Positions 9,732 through 21,262 of a stretch of DNA of 64,000 bases are shown here, in pieces. The translations under genes and the position numbers were made by a program. The stretch is from contig NZ_JADQBE010000017.1 of NCBI RefSeq assembly GCF_016278765.1, positions 15,313-79,312 of the forward strand, given 5' to 3'. The number at the start of each line of letters is the position of its first letter. Position 1 is the stretch's first letter. The notes under the pieces were generated by a model. It saw only the letters and a list, made by a program, of their open reading frames with translations, was not told the DNA's origin and did no database searches. The DNA is from Demequina sp. GTDB taxonomy: Bacteria > Actinomycetota > Actinomycetes > Actinomycetales > Demequinaceae.

Positions 9732-10618
9732 GAACCCACCACCGCCGCATGCCTCTCGCTCGCCTCGACCACGTTCGCCAGGAGCATCGCCCGCGTCATG
9801 GGCCCCACGCCGCCGGGGTTCGGGGAGTACCACGACGCCTTGTCCCGGGCATCGGCCGCGATGTCGCCGACGACCTTGGATGTGCCGGTGTCGGGATCGG
9901 TCACTCGGGACACGCCCACGTCAATGAGCACGGCTCCGTCCTTGACCATGTCGCCGGCAATGATCCCCGGCACGCCCGCGGCGGCGACGATGACGTCGGC
10001 TGCTCGGGTGTGCGATGCGAGGTCCTCGGTGCCGGTGTGGCACAGCGTCACCGTGGCATTCACCGACTTGCGAGTCAGCAACAGCCCGATGCTGCGACCC
10101 ACGGTGGTGCCTCGCCCGACCACCACAATGTGCTTGCCGCCCAGCGACACACCATGCCGCTCGATCAGTTCGATGATCCCTTTGGGGGTACACGGCAGCG
10201 GGCTCGTGACGTCTCCGCTGACGCGCAAGACCAGCCGCCCCAGGTTCATCGGGTGCAGCCCATCGGCATCCTTGTCCGGATCGACGAGCTCGAGAATCCG
10301 GTTGGTGTCGACCCCTGCAGGCAGCGGCAGTTGCACGATGAATCCGGTGCATGCCGGGTTGTCGTTGAGGCGCTGGACCGCGGCCTCGATGTCGGCCTGT
10401 GTCGCCGTCTCCGGCAGGTCTTCCCTGATCGACGTGATGCCCACCTCGGCACAGTCGGCGTGCTTTCCGTTGACGTACCAGGTGGAGCCCGGGTCGCTGC
10501 CCACCAACAAAGTGCCCAGGCCGGGAACGATGCCACGCTCGGCGAGCGCCGCGACTCGTTCGGCCAGTTCGGCCTTGATGGTCGCGGCGGTCGCCTTGCC
10601 GTCGAGAACGCCCGTCAT
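9728..10618 (-). CDS. folD: Bifunctional methylene-THF dehydrogenase / methenyl-THF cyclohydrolase
   Basis: Full-length FolD-like translation, '[14 protein letters not shown]...[18 protein letters not shown]...PGGVGPMT'. Confidence 0.95.
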   Translation of the reverse strand: MTGVLDGKATAATIKAELAERVAALAERGIVPGLGTLLVGSDPGSTWYVNGKHADCAEVGITSIREDLPETATQADIEAAVQRLNDNPACTGFIVQLPLPAGVDTNRILELVDPDKDADGLHPMNLGRLVLRVSGDVTSPLPCTPKGIIELIERHGVSLGGKHIVVVGRGTTVGRSIGLLLTRKSVNATVTLCHTGTEDLASHTRAADVIVAAAGVPGIIAGDMVKDGAVLIDVGVSRVTDPDTGTSKVVGDIAADARDKASWYSPNPGGVGPMTRAMLLANVVEASERHAAVVGS

Positions 10619-11917
10619 TTACTGAGCGAGGCCTGGGTAGAGCGGGAAGTCACCCGCGAGTTTGGCGACCCTGGCGCGCAACGCCGTGATGTCGGCGTCG
10701 CCCTTCAGCGCGGTGGCGATGATGTCTGCGACCTCGGCGAATTCGGCCGCACCGAGGCCGCGCGTGGCGAGGGCCGGGGTGCCGATGCGCACACCCGAGG
10801 TCACCATCGGCGGCCTGGGGTCGAACGGGACGGCGTTGCGGTTGACCGTGATCCCGACCTCGTGCAGCAGGTCTTGTGCCTGCTGGCCGTCGATCGGTGA
10901 GTTGCGGAGGTCAACAAGGACCAGGTGCACGTCGGTGCCGCCGGTCACGACGTTGATGCCCGCCTCGATCGCATCGGGAGCCGTGAGGCGCTCCGCGAGA
11001 ATCCGCGCACCCTCAAGGACGCGCTCCTGGCGCTCCTTGAACTCCGCGCCAGCCGCAATCTTGAGCGCCGTGGCCTTGGCCGCGATGACGTGCATCAGCG
11101 GGCCGCCCTGCTGACCGGGGAACACCGCAGAGTTGAGCTTCTTGGCCAGTTTCATGTCACGCGACACGATCAGTCCGGCGCGCGGGCCGCCCAATGTCTT
11201 GTGCACGGTCGTGGAGACCACGTCGGAGTGAGGGACGGGGCTCGGGTGAAGGCCAGCGGCCACCAGCCCGGCGAAGTGCGCCATGTCCGTCCAGAGCTTC
11301 GCACCCACCTCGTCGGCAACCTCACGGAACGCGGCGAAGTCGAGGTGACGGGGGTACGCGGACCAGCCCGCGATGATGACGTCCGGCCGCTCAGCGAGCG
11401 CCTGCTCGCGCACCTGCTCCATCTCGATGCGGTGGGACTGCTCGTCGAGGCCGTACGCGGCCACCTCATACAGCTTGCCGGAGAAGTTGAGTTTCATCCC
11501 GTGGGTGAGGTGCCCGCCATGCGCGAGGGAAAGGCCCATGATCTTCTGCCCGGGATTGATCAGCGCGTGAAGCACCGCGGCGTTCGCGGTGGCGCCCGAG
11601 TGGGGCTGGACATTCGCATACTCGGCGCCGAACAGACTCTTGGCTCGATCGATGGCGATCGTCTCGGCGACGTCCACCTCCTCGCACCCGCCGTAGTAGC
11701 GGCGCCCGGGGTAGCCCTCCGCGTACTTGTTGGTGAGCACCGAACCCTGCGCCTGAAGCACCGCGCGCGGAACGAAGTTTTCGGAGGCGATCATTTCCAG
11801 GTAGTCGCGCTGGCGCCCCAGCTCGCGTTCGAGGACGCCCGCGATATCGGGGTCCAGTTCGGCCAACGTCGAGTTCATGATGGCCTGCGTGGCAGAGGGG
11901 GTCGCTGGGTCAGTCAT
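10619..11917 (-). CDS. glyA: Serine hydroxymethyltransferase
   Basis: 'ELIASENF'-type '[14 protein letters not shown]' and PLP-lysine region '[16 protein letters not shown]'. It lies immediately upstream of folD. Confidence 0.95.
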   Translation of the reverse strand: MTDPATPSATQAIMNSTLAELDPDIAGVLERELGRQRDYLEMIASENFVPRAVLQAQGSVLTNKYAEGYPGRRYYGGCEEVDVAETIAIDRAKSLFGAEYANVQPHSGATANAAVLHALINPGQKIMGLSLAHGGHLTHGMKLNFSGKLYEVAAYGLDEQSHRIEMEQVREQALAERPDVIIAGWSAYPRHLDFAAFREVADEVGAKLWTDMAHFAGLVAAGLHPSPVPHSDVVSTTVHKTLGGPRAGLIVSRDMKLAKKLNSAVFPGQQGGPLMHVIAAKATALKIAAGAEFKERQERVLEGARILAERLTAPDAIEAGINVVTGGTDVHLVLVDLRNSPIDGQQAQDLLHEVGITVNRNAVPFDPRPPMVTSGVRIGTPALATRGLGAAEFAEVADIIATALKGDADITALRARVAKLAGDFPLYPGLAQ

Positions 11918-11971
11918 CGCGGATCCTTCGCGTCAGTCGGCGCGCGCGGCGCCGAGGTGAGTGTTCGGCGA

Positions 11972-12085
11972 CCGTGGCCCAGGCGGAACGACCGTGGTCG
12001 GCGGGCAGACCACGTGGCGGCCAACCTGCCATGTCGCTTCCTCGCGGTGAACCGCGTGCGCCAGTCGCGACCGCGTCAGTCTATC
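11972..12085 (-). promoter_or_regulatory. ZTP (pfl-motif) riboswitch in the glyA leader
   Basis: The minus-strand RNA reads '..GCGGUCGCGACUGGCGCACGCGGUUCACCGCGAG...GACCACGGUCGUUCCGCCUGGGCC..'. Both hallmark blocks are present in the right order (GGUCG[U/C]GACUGGCG and CCGCCUGGGC), about 60 nt upstream of the glyA SD/ATG. ZTP riboswitches are known to control glyA/folD/purH in Actinobacteria. Confidence 0.75.
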
Positions 12086-12140
12086 GGATGCGGCAACCGG
12101 CCACCACGCGGGTCCCCGGCATAGCGAGGCCCCGCAGGTG

Positions 12141-12644
12141 TCAGGCATCGTCGACGATGTTGCCAGCCTCAAGAATCTTCCGCAGGTAGGCGTACGTGAG
12201 GTCACCGGACACGTCATCGAACTGGTGCTCGTAGCCCGCCTTGTTGTACAGCTCAATGTTGTGCTTCGAGTTCTGCCCCGTGAAGACCCACACCTCGGTG
12301 GTGTTGTCGGGCAGGTAGGCCAGCACCGCGAACAGCAATTGCGTCCCGATACCCCGGGACTGCATGTCGGGGACCACCGCCAGGCGACCGATCGTGGCCT
12401 TCTGCCCCTCGATCCCCACCCGGATGGAGCCGACGAGCCGGGGCCCGTGCCACGCGCCCAGCGTCACGACGTCGTCGCTTGCCAGATCCTCCTCGAGCTC
12501 TTCGAGCGTCTGGGTGAGCGCGGGAATGTGAGGATCGTTGTACAACTGCGCCTCGGCCACGAAGGCTGCCCGGCGCACGGTGAGCAACTCGCCCGCGTGA
12601 TCGTGGTCGATGCGGTCAATGCGCACGTCAAGGTCGTCGCTCAT
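12141..12644 (-). CDS. GNAT-family N-acetyltransferase
   Basis: 167 aa. Acetyl-CoA motif A 'VVPDMQSRGIGTQLL'. Confidence 0.8.
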   Translation of the reverse strand: MSDDLDVRIDRIDHDHAGELLTVRRAAFVAEAQLYNDPHIPALTQTLEELEEDLASDDVVTLGAWHGPRLVGSIRVGIEGQKATIGRLAVVPDMQSRGIGTQLLFAVLAYLPDNTTEVWVFTGQNSKHNIELYNKAGYEHQFDDVSGDLTYAYLRKILEAGNIVDDA

Positions 12645-12687
12645 GGGTCCATGGTGTCAGGATTTTGACCCAAACACGACTAGCCTT

Positions 12688-13548
12688 GTGGCCGTGTCCA
12701 CCGAACAGACTGCCTGGGTGCTGTCTTTGTCGTGCCCCGACCGCCCGGGCATCGTCCACGCCGTCTCCGGATTGCTCGCAGAACACGGCGGCAACATCAC
12801 CGAATCGCAGCAGTTTGGGGACCCCGACACAGGCCTGTTCTTCATGCGCGTCGAGGTCACCGCTCCCACACCGCGGGTCGAGTTGGAGTCGGCGTTCGGC
12901 GCACTCGCCGAAAGTTTCGACATGACCTGGAGCCTCGATGTGGCGGGCAGACGGATGCGCACCGTGGTGTTGGTGTCCAAGGCCGACCACTGCGTGAACG
13001 ATCTGTTGGTCCGCGAACGGGCTGGCACCCTACCCGTCGACATCGTCGCCGTGGTGGGAAATCACGAACACCTCCGTGATCTTGCCCAGTTCTACGGCAA
13101 GCGCTTTGTGCATATCCCCGTCGCCGCCGACACCAAGCCCGCTTCAGAGACCGCACTGCTGGACCTGGTTGGCGAGTTGGACACAGAACTCGTGGTGCTG
13201 GCGCGGTACATGCAAATCCTGTCGCCCGACCTATCGCGTGCTCTGTACGGGCGGGCCATCAACATCCACCATTCGTTCCTTCCCAGCTTCAAGGGCGCCC
13301 GTCCGTACTTCCAGGCACACGACCGTGGCGTAAAACTCATCGGGGCGACCGCGCACTACGTCACGGCGGACCTGGACGACGGGCCGATCATCGAGCAGGA
13401 CGTGGAGCGCGTGGATCACACCTTCACGCCCGAATCGCTCACCGCGATCGGCGCCGACGTGGAGCGGCGCGCTTTGGCGCGTGCAGTCCGGTGGCACGCC
13501 GAGCACCGGGTGCTCCTCGACGGTCACAGGACGATCGTCTTCAGGTAG
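12688..13548 (+). CDS. purU: Formyltetrahydrofolate deformylase
   Basis: N-terminal ACT domain 'WVLSLSCPDRPGIVHAVSGLLAEHGGNI' plus formyltransferase core 'INIHHSFLPSFKGARPY'. The start is uncertain (GTG 12688/12694 or ATG 12643). Confidence 0.9.
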   Translation: MAVSTEQTAWVLSLSCPDRPGIVHAVSGLLAEHGGNITESQQFGDPDTGLFFMRVEVTAPTPRVELESAFGALAESFDMTWSLDVAGRRMRTVVLVSKADHCVNDLLVRERAGTLPVDIVAVVGNHEHLRDLAQFYGKRFVHIPVAADTKPASETALLDLVGELDTELVVLARYMQILSPDLSRALYGRAINIHHSFLPSFKGARPYFQAHDRGVKLIGATAHYVTADLDDGPIIEQDVERVDHTFTPESLTAIGADVERRALARAVRWHAEHRVLLDGHRTIVFR

Positions 13549-13559
13549 TGAAGCGCGAG

Positions 13560-14426
13560 TTAGCGACCCAACACTCGCGCGGGCGTCTCGGTAGCCGCAG
13601 CCATCGCTGCTTCTCGAGGCACTCCGGCGTCGACGCACACCTCCACCGCCCTGTCCATGGTCAACGCGGAGCCGGCAAGCGTGTCCGTGCCCGCGATGAC
13701 GGCCCGGCCGTCCACCACATCCACCGCGAGGCTGCCAAGCATGTAACGACCCGGCGCCGCGGCCGCAGCGGCCATGGCGTCGGTCATCAGGACGATGCGC
13801 CCGGGAGCGGCGTTGAACAGCATCGCGATCAGGCGGGGGTCCACATGGATGCCGTCCGCGATGACTTCGAGACTCACGCGCCGGTCCGCGATGGCCGTGC
13901 CCACGGGGCCGGGGGTGCGTCCCGTGATGCCAGGCATGGCGTTGAAGGCGTGCGTGAGCAGGGTCGCGCCGCGATCAAAAGCGGCACTCGCCGTTTCGGC
14001 ATCGGCCTCCGTGTGGCCCACGGCGACCACCACGCCCGCCTCGACAAACCGCTCAATCGCGTCGAGCGCGTGCGGCAGTTCCGGGGCAAGTGTGATCTGG
14101 CGGACGATGCCGTCGGCCGCGTCGAGCAAGGCGTCGACGACATCGGGCGTGGGGATCGCAAGGGCCGACGCGTCGTGCGCCCCCTTTCGGCCAGGCGCCA
14201 AGAAGGGGCCCTCGAGGTGGACGCCCAGGAGCCCCGCATCCAAGGCCATCGCCTGCCGGATGACGTCCATGGCGGCTGCGGTGCGCTCGAGAGGCTCGGA
14301 CACCAACGACGCGACCACGCGCCCGGTCCCGTGCGCGCGATGAGCCGCGAACGCTGCGAGCGTGCCCTCGACCGTGTCGCCAAAGGAGTGGCCGCCGCCA
14401 CCGTGGCAGTGAATATCGGTGTACAC
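13560..14426 (-). CDS. nagA: N-acetylglucosamine-6-phosphate deacetylase, short TIM-barrel-only form
   Basis: Catalytic motifs are present: 'DIHCHGGGG', 'VHLEGPFL', 'AVGHTEA', 'THAFNAM', 'MTDAMAAA'. At 288 aa it starts directly at the HxH strand, one nt after the nagB stop. Confidence 0.75.
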   Translation of the reverse strand: MYTDIHCHGGGGHSFGDTVEGTLAAFAAHRAHGTGRVVASLVSEPLERTAAAMDVIRQAMALDAGLLGVHLEGPFLAPGRKGAHDASALAIPTPDVVDALLDAADGIVRQITLAPELPHALDAIERFVEAGVVVAVGHTEADAETASAAFDRGATLLTHAFNAMPGITGRTPGPVGTAIADRRVSLEVIADGIHVDPRLIAMLFNAAPGRIVLMTDAMAAAAAAPGRYMLGSLAVDVVDGRAVIAGTDTLAGSALTMDRAVEVCVDAGVPREAAMAAATETPARVLGR

Positions 14427-14427
14427 G

Positions 14428-15210
14428 TCAGAGGCCCTGCCAGGCGGGCTTGTGGTCCCGAGCCCACCGGTAGTAGTCGGCGTGTTCGAGCCGCGATGCG
14501 GCGGCCCCGTCCACCACCACGGTGACGTGCGGGTGTAGTTGGATCGCCGAACCAGGCACAGACGCGGTCACGGGGCCCTCCACCGCGGCCGCGACGGCCG
14601 TCGCCTTTGCCTCGCCGAACGCCAAGAGCACCAGGTGGCGAGCCCGCAGGATCGTCCCGAGACCCTGCGTGACACAGTGAATCGGCACGTCCTCCAAGGA
14701 GTCGAAGAACCGCGCGTTGTCGGCGCGGGTCTGTTCGGTCAGGGTCTTGACACGGGTCAGGGAAGCGAAACTCGATCCAGGCTCGTTGAAGCCGATATGC
14801 CCCGTGGTGCCGATGCCAAGCAACTGAAGGTCGACACCGCCATGCGCGTGAAGAGCCGCCTCATAGCGCTCTCCCGTGGTCTCAATGTCGCCGTCCCCGC
14901 CATCGGGCACGTTGACATGTGAGCGATCAAAGCCAAGCGGCACGGTGACCTCCCGGTCGATGACGGCGCGATAGCTCTGGGGGTGACCCTCGGGCAGCCC
15001 AACATACTCGTCGAGCGCGAAGGCCCACGCGCGGCTGAAGTCGACGCCCCGCGAGTGGCGCCGAGCAAGCTCGCGATACACGGGAAGCGGGGTGGACCCG
15101 GTGGCCACTCCCAACACCATGTCCGGCCTAATCTGGACCAGCCCAACGATGTGGTCGGAAACCAGCCTGCCCGCGGCCTCGCCGCCTTCGACGATCAGCA
15201 CTTCAGCCAC
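14428..15210 (-). CDS. nagB: Glucosamine-6-phosphate deaminase
   Basis: 'LGVATGSTPLPVY' and 'LGIGTTGHIGFNEPGSSF' signatures. 260 aa. Confidence 0.9.
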   Translation of the reverse strand: MAEVLIVEGGEAAGRLVSDHIVGLVQIRPDMVLGVATGSTPLPVYRELARRHSRGVDFSRAWAFALDEYVGLPEGHPQSYRAVIDREVTVPLGFDRSHVNVPDGGDGDIETTGERYEAALHAHGGVDLQLLGIGTTGHIGFNEPGSSFASLTRVKTLTEQTRADNARFFDSLEDVPIHCVTQGLGTILRARHLVLLAFGEAKATAVAAAVEGPVTASVPGSAIQLHPHVTVVVDGAAASRLEHADYYRWARDHKPAWQGL

Positions 15211-16099
15211 GTCCTGCTCCTCTCATTGCGGCCCCGATGGCCGCGAGCGGCACATCCGGATCGAGCATTCGCGTCCGCGAGGTCAGGTCGACGGACGCCA
15301 TGAACTCGCTGCGACGCTCCCAGTCGCGCATCACTCGCCGCGCCCCCTCGATCAGGTCGGGGCCCATGCGGGTGAGCCCGCCACCGAGCAGTACTTCCTC
15401 CACGTCGAGCGTGAGGATCAGGATCCTGACCGCCGTGGCCACCGCCTGAAACATGCGCTCGCGAATCAGGGCCGCGTCCGCATCGACATCGGCCCTGGCC
15501 AAGACCGACGAGGCTGCCTCCCCGCCCGCCTGCCATGCGATCCCGCTGCCGGACGCGCACGTCTCAATCCCGCCGGGAATACCGTCGGGCCCTTCCGGCC
15601 CGGCCGGATCGAACGAGATCATGCCGATCTCCCCCACGGTGCCGCGCGCACCCTGCCACAGTTTCCCGTCGAGAATGATTCCTGCCGCGAGTCCCGTACC
15701 CAGGTTGAGGAATGCGGTTGCGTCGCGCCGCGCGCCTGATGTCACCCATGCGCCCACGGCCGCGGCGTTGACGTCGTTGTCGACCGTGGGGCGCGTACCC
15801 CACGTTTGAGTCAGGACATGGCCAAGGTCAAGCCGCGAAATGCCAAGGTTGAGAGCATAGGTGACCACGCCATCAAGCACCGAGCCGGGCACGCCCACCC
15901 CGATTGAAGCCGCGTCACCCGGCTCAATCCCCGCCTCGGCGCACACGACGTCGACCGCCCCTGTGACGTTTGCGAGGACCGCCTCCTCACCGCGGCCCGA
16001 CGGTCGCACATGCCGATACAGCACATCGCCAGCATCGTCGACGATCACCGCGTCGACCTTCGTTCCGCCGATGTCCACTCCGAGCCGCACGGTCACCAC
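15203..16099 (-). CDS. ROK-family sugar kinase (probable GlcNAc/glucose kinase)
   Basis: 'LGVDIGGTKVDAVIVD' ATP-binding start, with ROK core 'LNLGTGLAAGIILDGKLWQGARGTVGEIG'. No HTH domain. Confidence 0.8.
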   Translation of the reverse strand: MVTVRLGVDIGGTKVDAVIVDDAGDVLYRHVRPSGRGEEAVLANVTGAVDVVCAEAGIEPGDAASIGVGVPGSVLDGVVTYALNLGISRLDLGHVLTQTWGTRPTVDNDVNAAAVGAWVTSGARRDATAFLNLGTGLAAGIILDGKLWQGARGTVGEIGMISFDPAGPEGPDGIPGGIETCASGSGIAWQAGGEAASSVLARADVDADAALIRERMFQAVATAVRILILTLDVEEVLLGGGLTRMGPDLIEGARRVMRDWERRSEFMASVDLTSRTRMLDPDVPLAAIGAAMRGAGRG

Positions 16100-17538
16100 C
16101 CCACCAGGCCGAGCAGGGCCTCGCCTGCCAGGCGAGACGCCCCAAAGGTGGCAATGTCGGCCAGCCCGGCCTCAGTGTCGGGCCAGCCCATGTCGACCAC
16201 AACGACGTCGTGACGGGCCTTCAGCGCGTCCACCACCGGGCGGGCCACCGCGTGACGATGGTTGTCTCGACCGACCACGACGGCCAGCGAACGCACCGGA
16301 ACGGCGTCGGCGATGTCCTGGGGATCGGTCTTCGGGGTCGCGGTCACGATGACTTCCACGCCGGGCACGGCGAAGGGCCCCCACGGAGAGGCACCCACTG
16401 CGGCGGAGGGGGCAGTCTCCAAGCGGATCAGGCTGATCGGGGTGTTCTGGCCCAAGAAGACCTTTGCGTGCGGCGACACCTCGAAAGCGCTCGCCACCAC
16501 CGCCGCCGTCACCCCTGGCACGACGCCCCGCTTCAACGGACCCGACTCCGGTGCGGCGCTCCTCGCGTGAGCCATGCGCTCTCCCAGGGTGGCGACCCGG
16601 CCTGCCGCGGCGCTCGCCTCAGCCTCGTCGACCTCACCCGCGTTCACGGCGTCCTCCACGGCGGCGGCGATCGCTCTCAGCTGCTCGCCTGTGTTGGCCG
16701 TGCCGATGCACAGCAGGTCGCAACCACCGTGTAGCGCGGCCACGGCTGCGGCCGGGATTCCGCGACTCGCGCTGGCGCCCGCCATGTCCAGGGCGTCCGA
16801 CACCACCACCCCTGTGAAGCCCATGCGACCTCGCAGGAGGTCGCGCAGAATGGGCCGCGAGAACGTCGCGGGGAACTCCGGATCGAGCGCGGGGACCACG
16901 ATGTGCGCAGTCATGATGGCCTGCGTGCCCGCCGCGATCGCCGCGACGAAGGGCGGCAGTTCTCGCGCCTCAAGCGTCTGGGCGTCGACGTCGATCCGAG
17001 GCGCGGCGAGGTGAGAGTCCAGCACCGTGCTGCCGTGCCCGGGAAAGTGTTTGGCACACGACGCCACGCCCGTCGACTCGACGCCGCGCACCCACGCGGC
17101 GGTATGACGGGCCACCACGCCCACGTCTGCGCCAAAACTTCGCGTGCCGATGATGGGGTTGAGGGCGGTGCTGTTCACGTCGGCGTCGGGCGCGAGCGTC
17201 ATCCCGACGCCCACGGCGCCGAGTTCCCGTCCCACCTGCTCACCCACCGCGGCGGTGAGCGACTCGTCATCGAGCCTGCCCAAGATGGCGTTGCCGGGGA
17301 ACGGCGAACCGGAAGATTGGTAGAGCCGCGTGACGTCCCCGCCTTCCTCGTCAATCGTCACCACCGCGTGGGGGTTCCCGGCGTAGATGGCGGAGGTGAG
17401 TTCCCTCAACTGCTCGGGAGACTCGATGTTGGTGGCGAACAGGCAGACTCCCGCGAGCCCCTCACGCAACAGCGTGTCGACCCACTCCGGCAGCGTGCTG
17501 CCCTCAAACCCGGGCATCAGGACGGCAAGGGGGTTCAC
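16093..17538 (-). CDS. Glycoside hydrolase family 3 protein (NagZ-like beta-N-acetylhexosaminidase), cytoplasmic
   Basis: 'DEEGGDVTRL' and 'KHFPGHGSTVLDSH' GH3 N-domain motifs. No signal peptide. Extra ~150-aa C-terminal domain. Confidence 0.8.
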   Translation of the reverse strand: MNPLAVLMPGFEGSTLPEWVDTLLREGLAGVCLFATNIESPEQLRELTSAIYAGNPHAVVTIDEEGGDVTRLYQSSGSPFPGNAILGRLDDESLTAAVGEQVGRELGAVGVGMTLAPDADVNSTALNPIIGTRSFGADVGVVARHTAAWVRGVESTGVASCAKHFPGHGSTVLDSHLAAPRIDVDAQTLEARELPPFVAAIAAGTQAIMTAHIVVPALDPEFPATFSRPILRDLLRGRMGFTGVVVSDALDMAGASASRGIPAAAVAALHGGCDLLCIGTANTGEQLRAIAAAVEDAVNAGEVDEAEASAAAGRVATLGERMAHARSAAPESGPLKRGVVPGVTAAVVASAFEVSPHAKVFLGQNTPISLIRLETAPSAAVGASPWGPFAVPGVEVIVTATPKTDPQDIADAVPVRSLAVVVGRDNHRHAVARPVVDALKARHDVVVVDMGWPDTEAGLADIATFGASRLAGEALLGLVGW

Positions 17539-18728
17539 GAGACCCCCAGTTGGCCCATGAGGACCATCACGGCCGCACCGAGCACGACGATGTCTCCGCC
17601 CAGCCCCGTGAGACGCACGTCCGAGCCGCCGTGAATTTCCGGCAGGGTACGTCCGCGCAGCGTGGCGACGGCGCTATCGAGCAGCGCCCCTGCAAGCATG
17701 TCGCGGGGTCCGGCAAGGACCACCTCGCGAAGATTGAGCGCACCCACCACGGGCGCGATCACGATGCCAAGGCGCTCGCCCGCTGCCACGAGGAGGCCGT
17801 CGCGTTCGTCGGCGTCCGCCGCGTGGGCGAGCCGTTCAGTGAGCCGCGGGATGGCCAGCCACGTCTCGAGGCAGCCGTCCCTGCCGCACACGCAGGTGTC
17901 GCCGCCGTCGGTACCGACCACCACGTGGCCGATCTCGCCGGCTGCCGAGTTGGCACCCTGAACCAGGGCTCCTCCCACGACGATCCCGGCGCCCACGCCG
18001 CGCCCGATACGAATGAGCATCATGTCGTCGTCACCCGTGCCGAACGTGCGCTCTGCGAGCGCTGCCGCGTTGGCGTCGTTGGCCACCACCACCGCGAGGC
18101 CGCTGTGGCGCTCAAGCACGTCCTGGAGAGGCACGTCGGCCCAGCCGAGGTCGGGGGCGCGAAGCACCACGCCCCGGGCATCGACGATGCCGGGCGAGCC
18201 CACCCCTACCCCCAGCACGGGCACCGTCGCCGCGGCGACAAGCGCGTCGAGGACGGCGACGACGGCATCGATCGCGGCCTGGCCCGTGAGGCCCGTGACG
18301 TCTACCTCGTGACGGTGGAGCACCGTGCCGTCGAGGTCGGTGACGGCGCCACCGAATGTCGCATCCTTCGACAGGTCCAATGCGATGACGTTGAATCCGG
18401 CGCGATTGAGGTCAACCACGGTGGCCGGCTTGCCGGGCCGTGAATCGGCGCGAGTTCCCAGTTCCACGATGAGGCCCTCGGCGACGAGGTCGGCAACGAG
18501 GTCGGAGATCGTGACCCGCGCGAGGCCCACCTCCCTGGCGAGGTCGGCGCGGCTGAGACCCTCGCCGCGATACAGCGCCCGCAGGACGAGCGCACGATGG
18601 TGGCGCCGAGCATGCTCGGGCGTGAGGCGGGCCCCGCCGTGCACAGTGGCGGCCAGCGCCCGCCTCCGCGCCGGGACGCTTCCGGCGTGGGATGCCGGCT
18701 CCGTGGGGGCGCTCTGCACCGGGTTCAT
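17535..18728 (-). CDS. ROK-family transcriptional regulator (NagC-like)
   Basis: N-terminal wHTH 'LSRADLAREVGLARVTISDLVADLVAEGLI' plus ROK domain with Zn motif 'CVCGRDGCLE'. It is the first gene of the nag operon. Confidence 0.85.
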   Translation of the reverse strand: MNPVQSAPTEPASHAGSVPARRRALAATVHGGARLTPEHARRHHRALVLRALYRGEGLSRADLAREVGLARVTISDLVADLVAEGLIVELGTRADSRPGKPATVVDLNRAGFNVIALDLSKDATFGGAVTDLDGTVLHRHEVDVTGLTGQAAIDAVVAVLDALVAAATVPVLGVGVGSPGIVDARGVVLRAPDLGWADVPLQDVLERHSGLAVVVANDANAAALAERTFGTGDDDMMLIRIGRGVGAGIVVGGALVQGANSAAGEIGHVVVGTDGGDTCVCGRDGCLETWLAIPRLTERLAHAADADERDGLLVAAGERLGIVIAPVVGALNLREVVLAGPRDMLAGALLDSAVATLRGRTLPEIHGGSDVRLTGLGGDIVVLGAAVMVLMGQLGVS

Positions 18729-18754
18729 ATTTGTTAGTCAACCTTACAAACATG
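18726..18754. promoter_or_regulatory. AT-rich near-palindrome overlapping the ROK regulator start codon (candidate operator)
   Basis: CATATTTGTTAGTCAACCTTACAAACATG. 10 of 14 arm positions are complementary around centre 18740. It is the only markedly AT-rich patch in this intergenic region. Confidence 0.4.
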
Positions 18755-18812
18755 ACTCTTGGCAAGCCACCAAAGCGAAATTCCGGCCGCTCGTTGCCAC
18801 TCAACCGTCACG

Positions 18813-18842
18813 GGAGGGCCATCGCACCGGCGACGGCCCTCC
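18813..18842. terminator. Hairpin downstream of mdh (candidate terminator)
   Basis: GGAGGGCC-N14-GGCCCTCC, an 8-bp GC stem, 23 nt after the mdh stop. No U-tract. Confidence 0.3.
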
Positions 18843-18864
18843 ATTGATGGTGCGGCGGGTCGCG

Positions 18865-21118
<2,254 letters not shown>

Positions 21119-21262
21119 GCGGCGGCTCTCCTCAACAACGCGGCGTGGATGATGAAACCAGGCTAGTCCACCCACGACACTCGAACGTCCCTCACCACCT
21201 TTGTGGTTGCGCATGCCAGGATGCGTTGGAGGACGTTCGTTCCCGGACACACGAGGAGAGAC

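Noticed and set aside
8961-10625. 554-aa ORF on the plus strand
   Set aside because: It lies entirely antisense to the well-conserved xthA and folD genes. The translation is Arg/Pro/Ala/Ser/Thr-rich with no recognisable motif. It is a typical stop-poor shadow frame of high-GC coding DNA.
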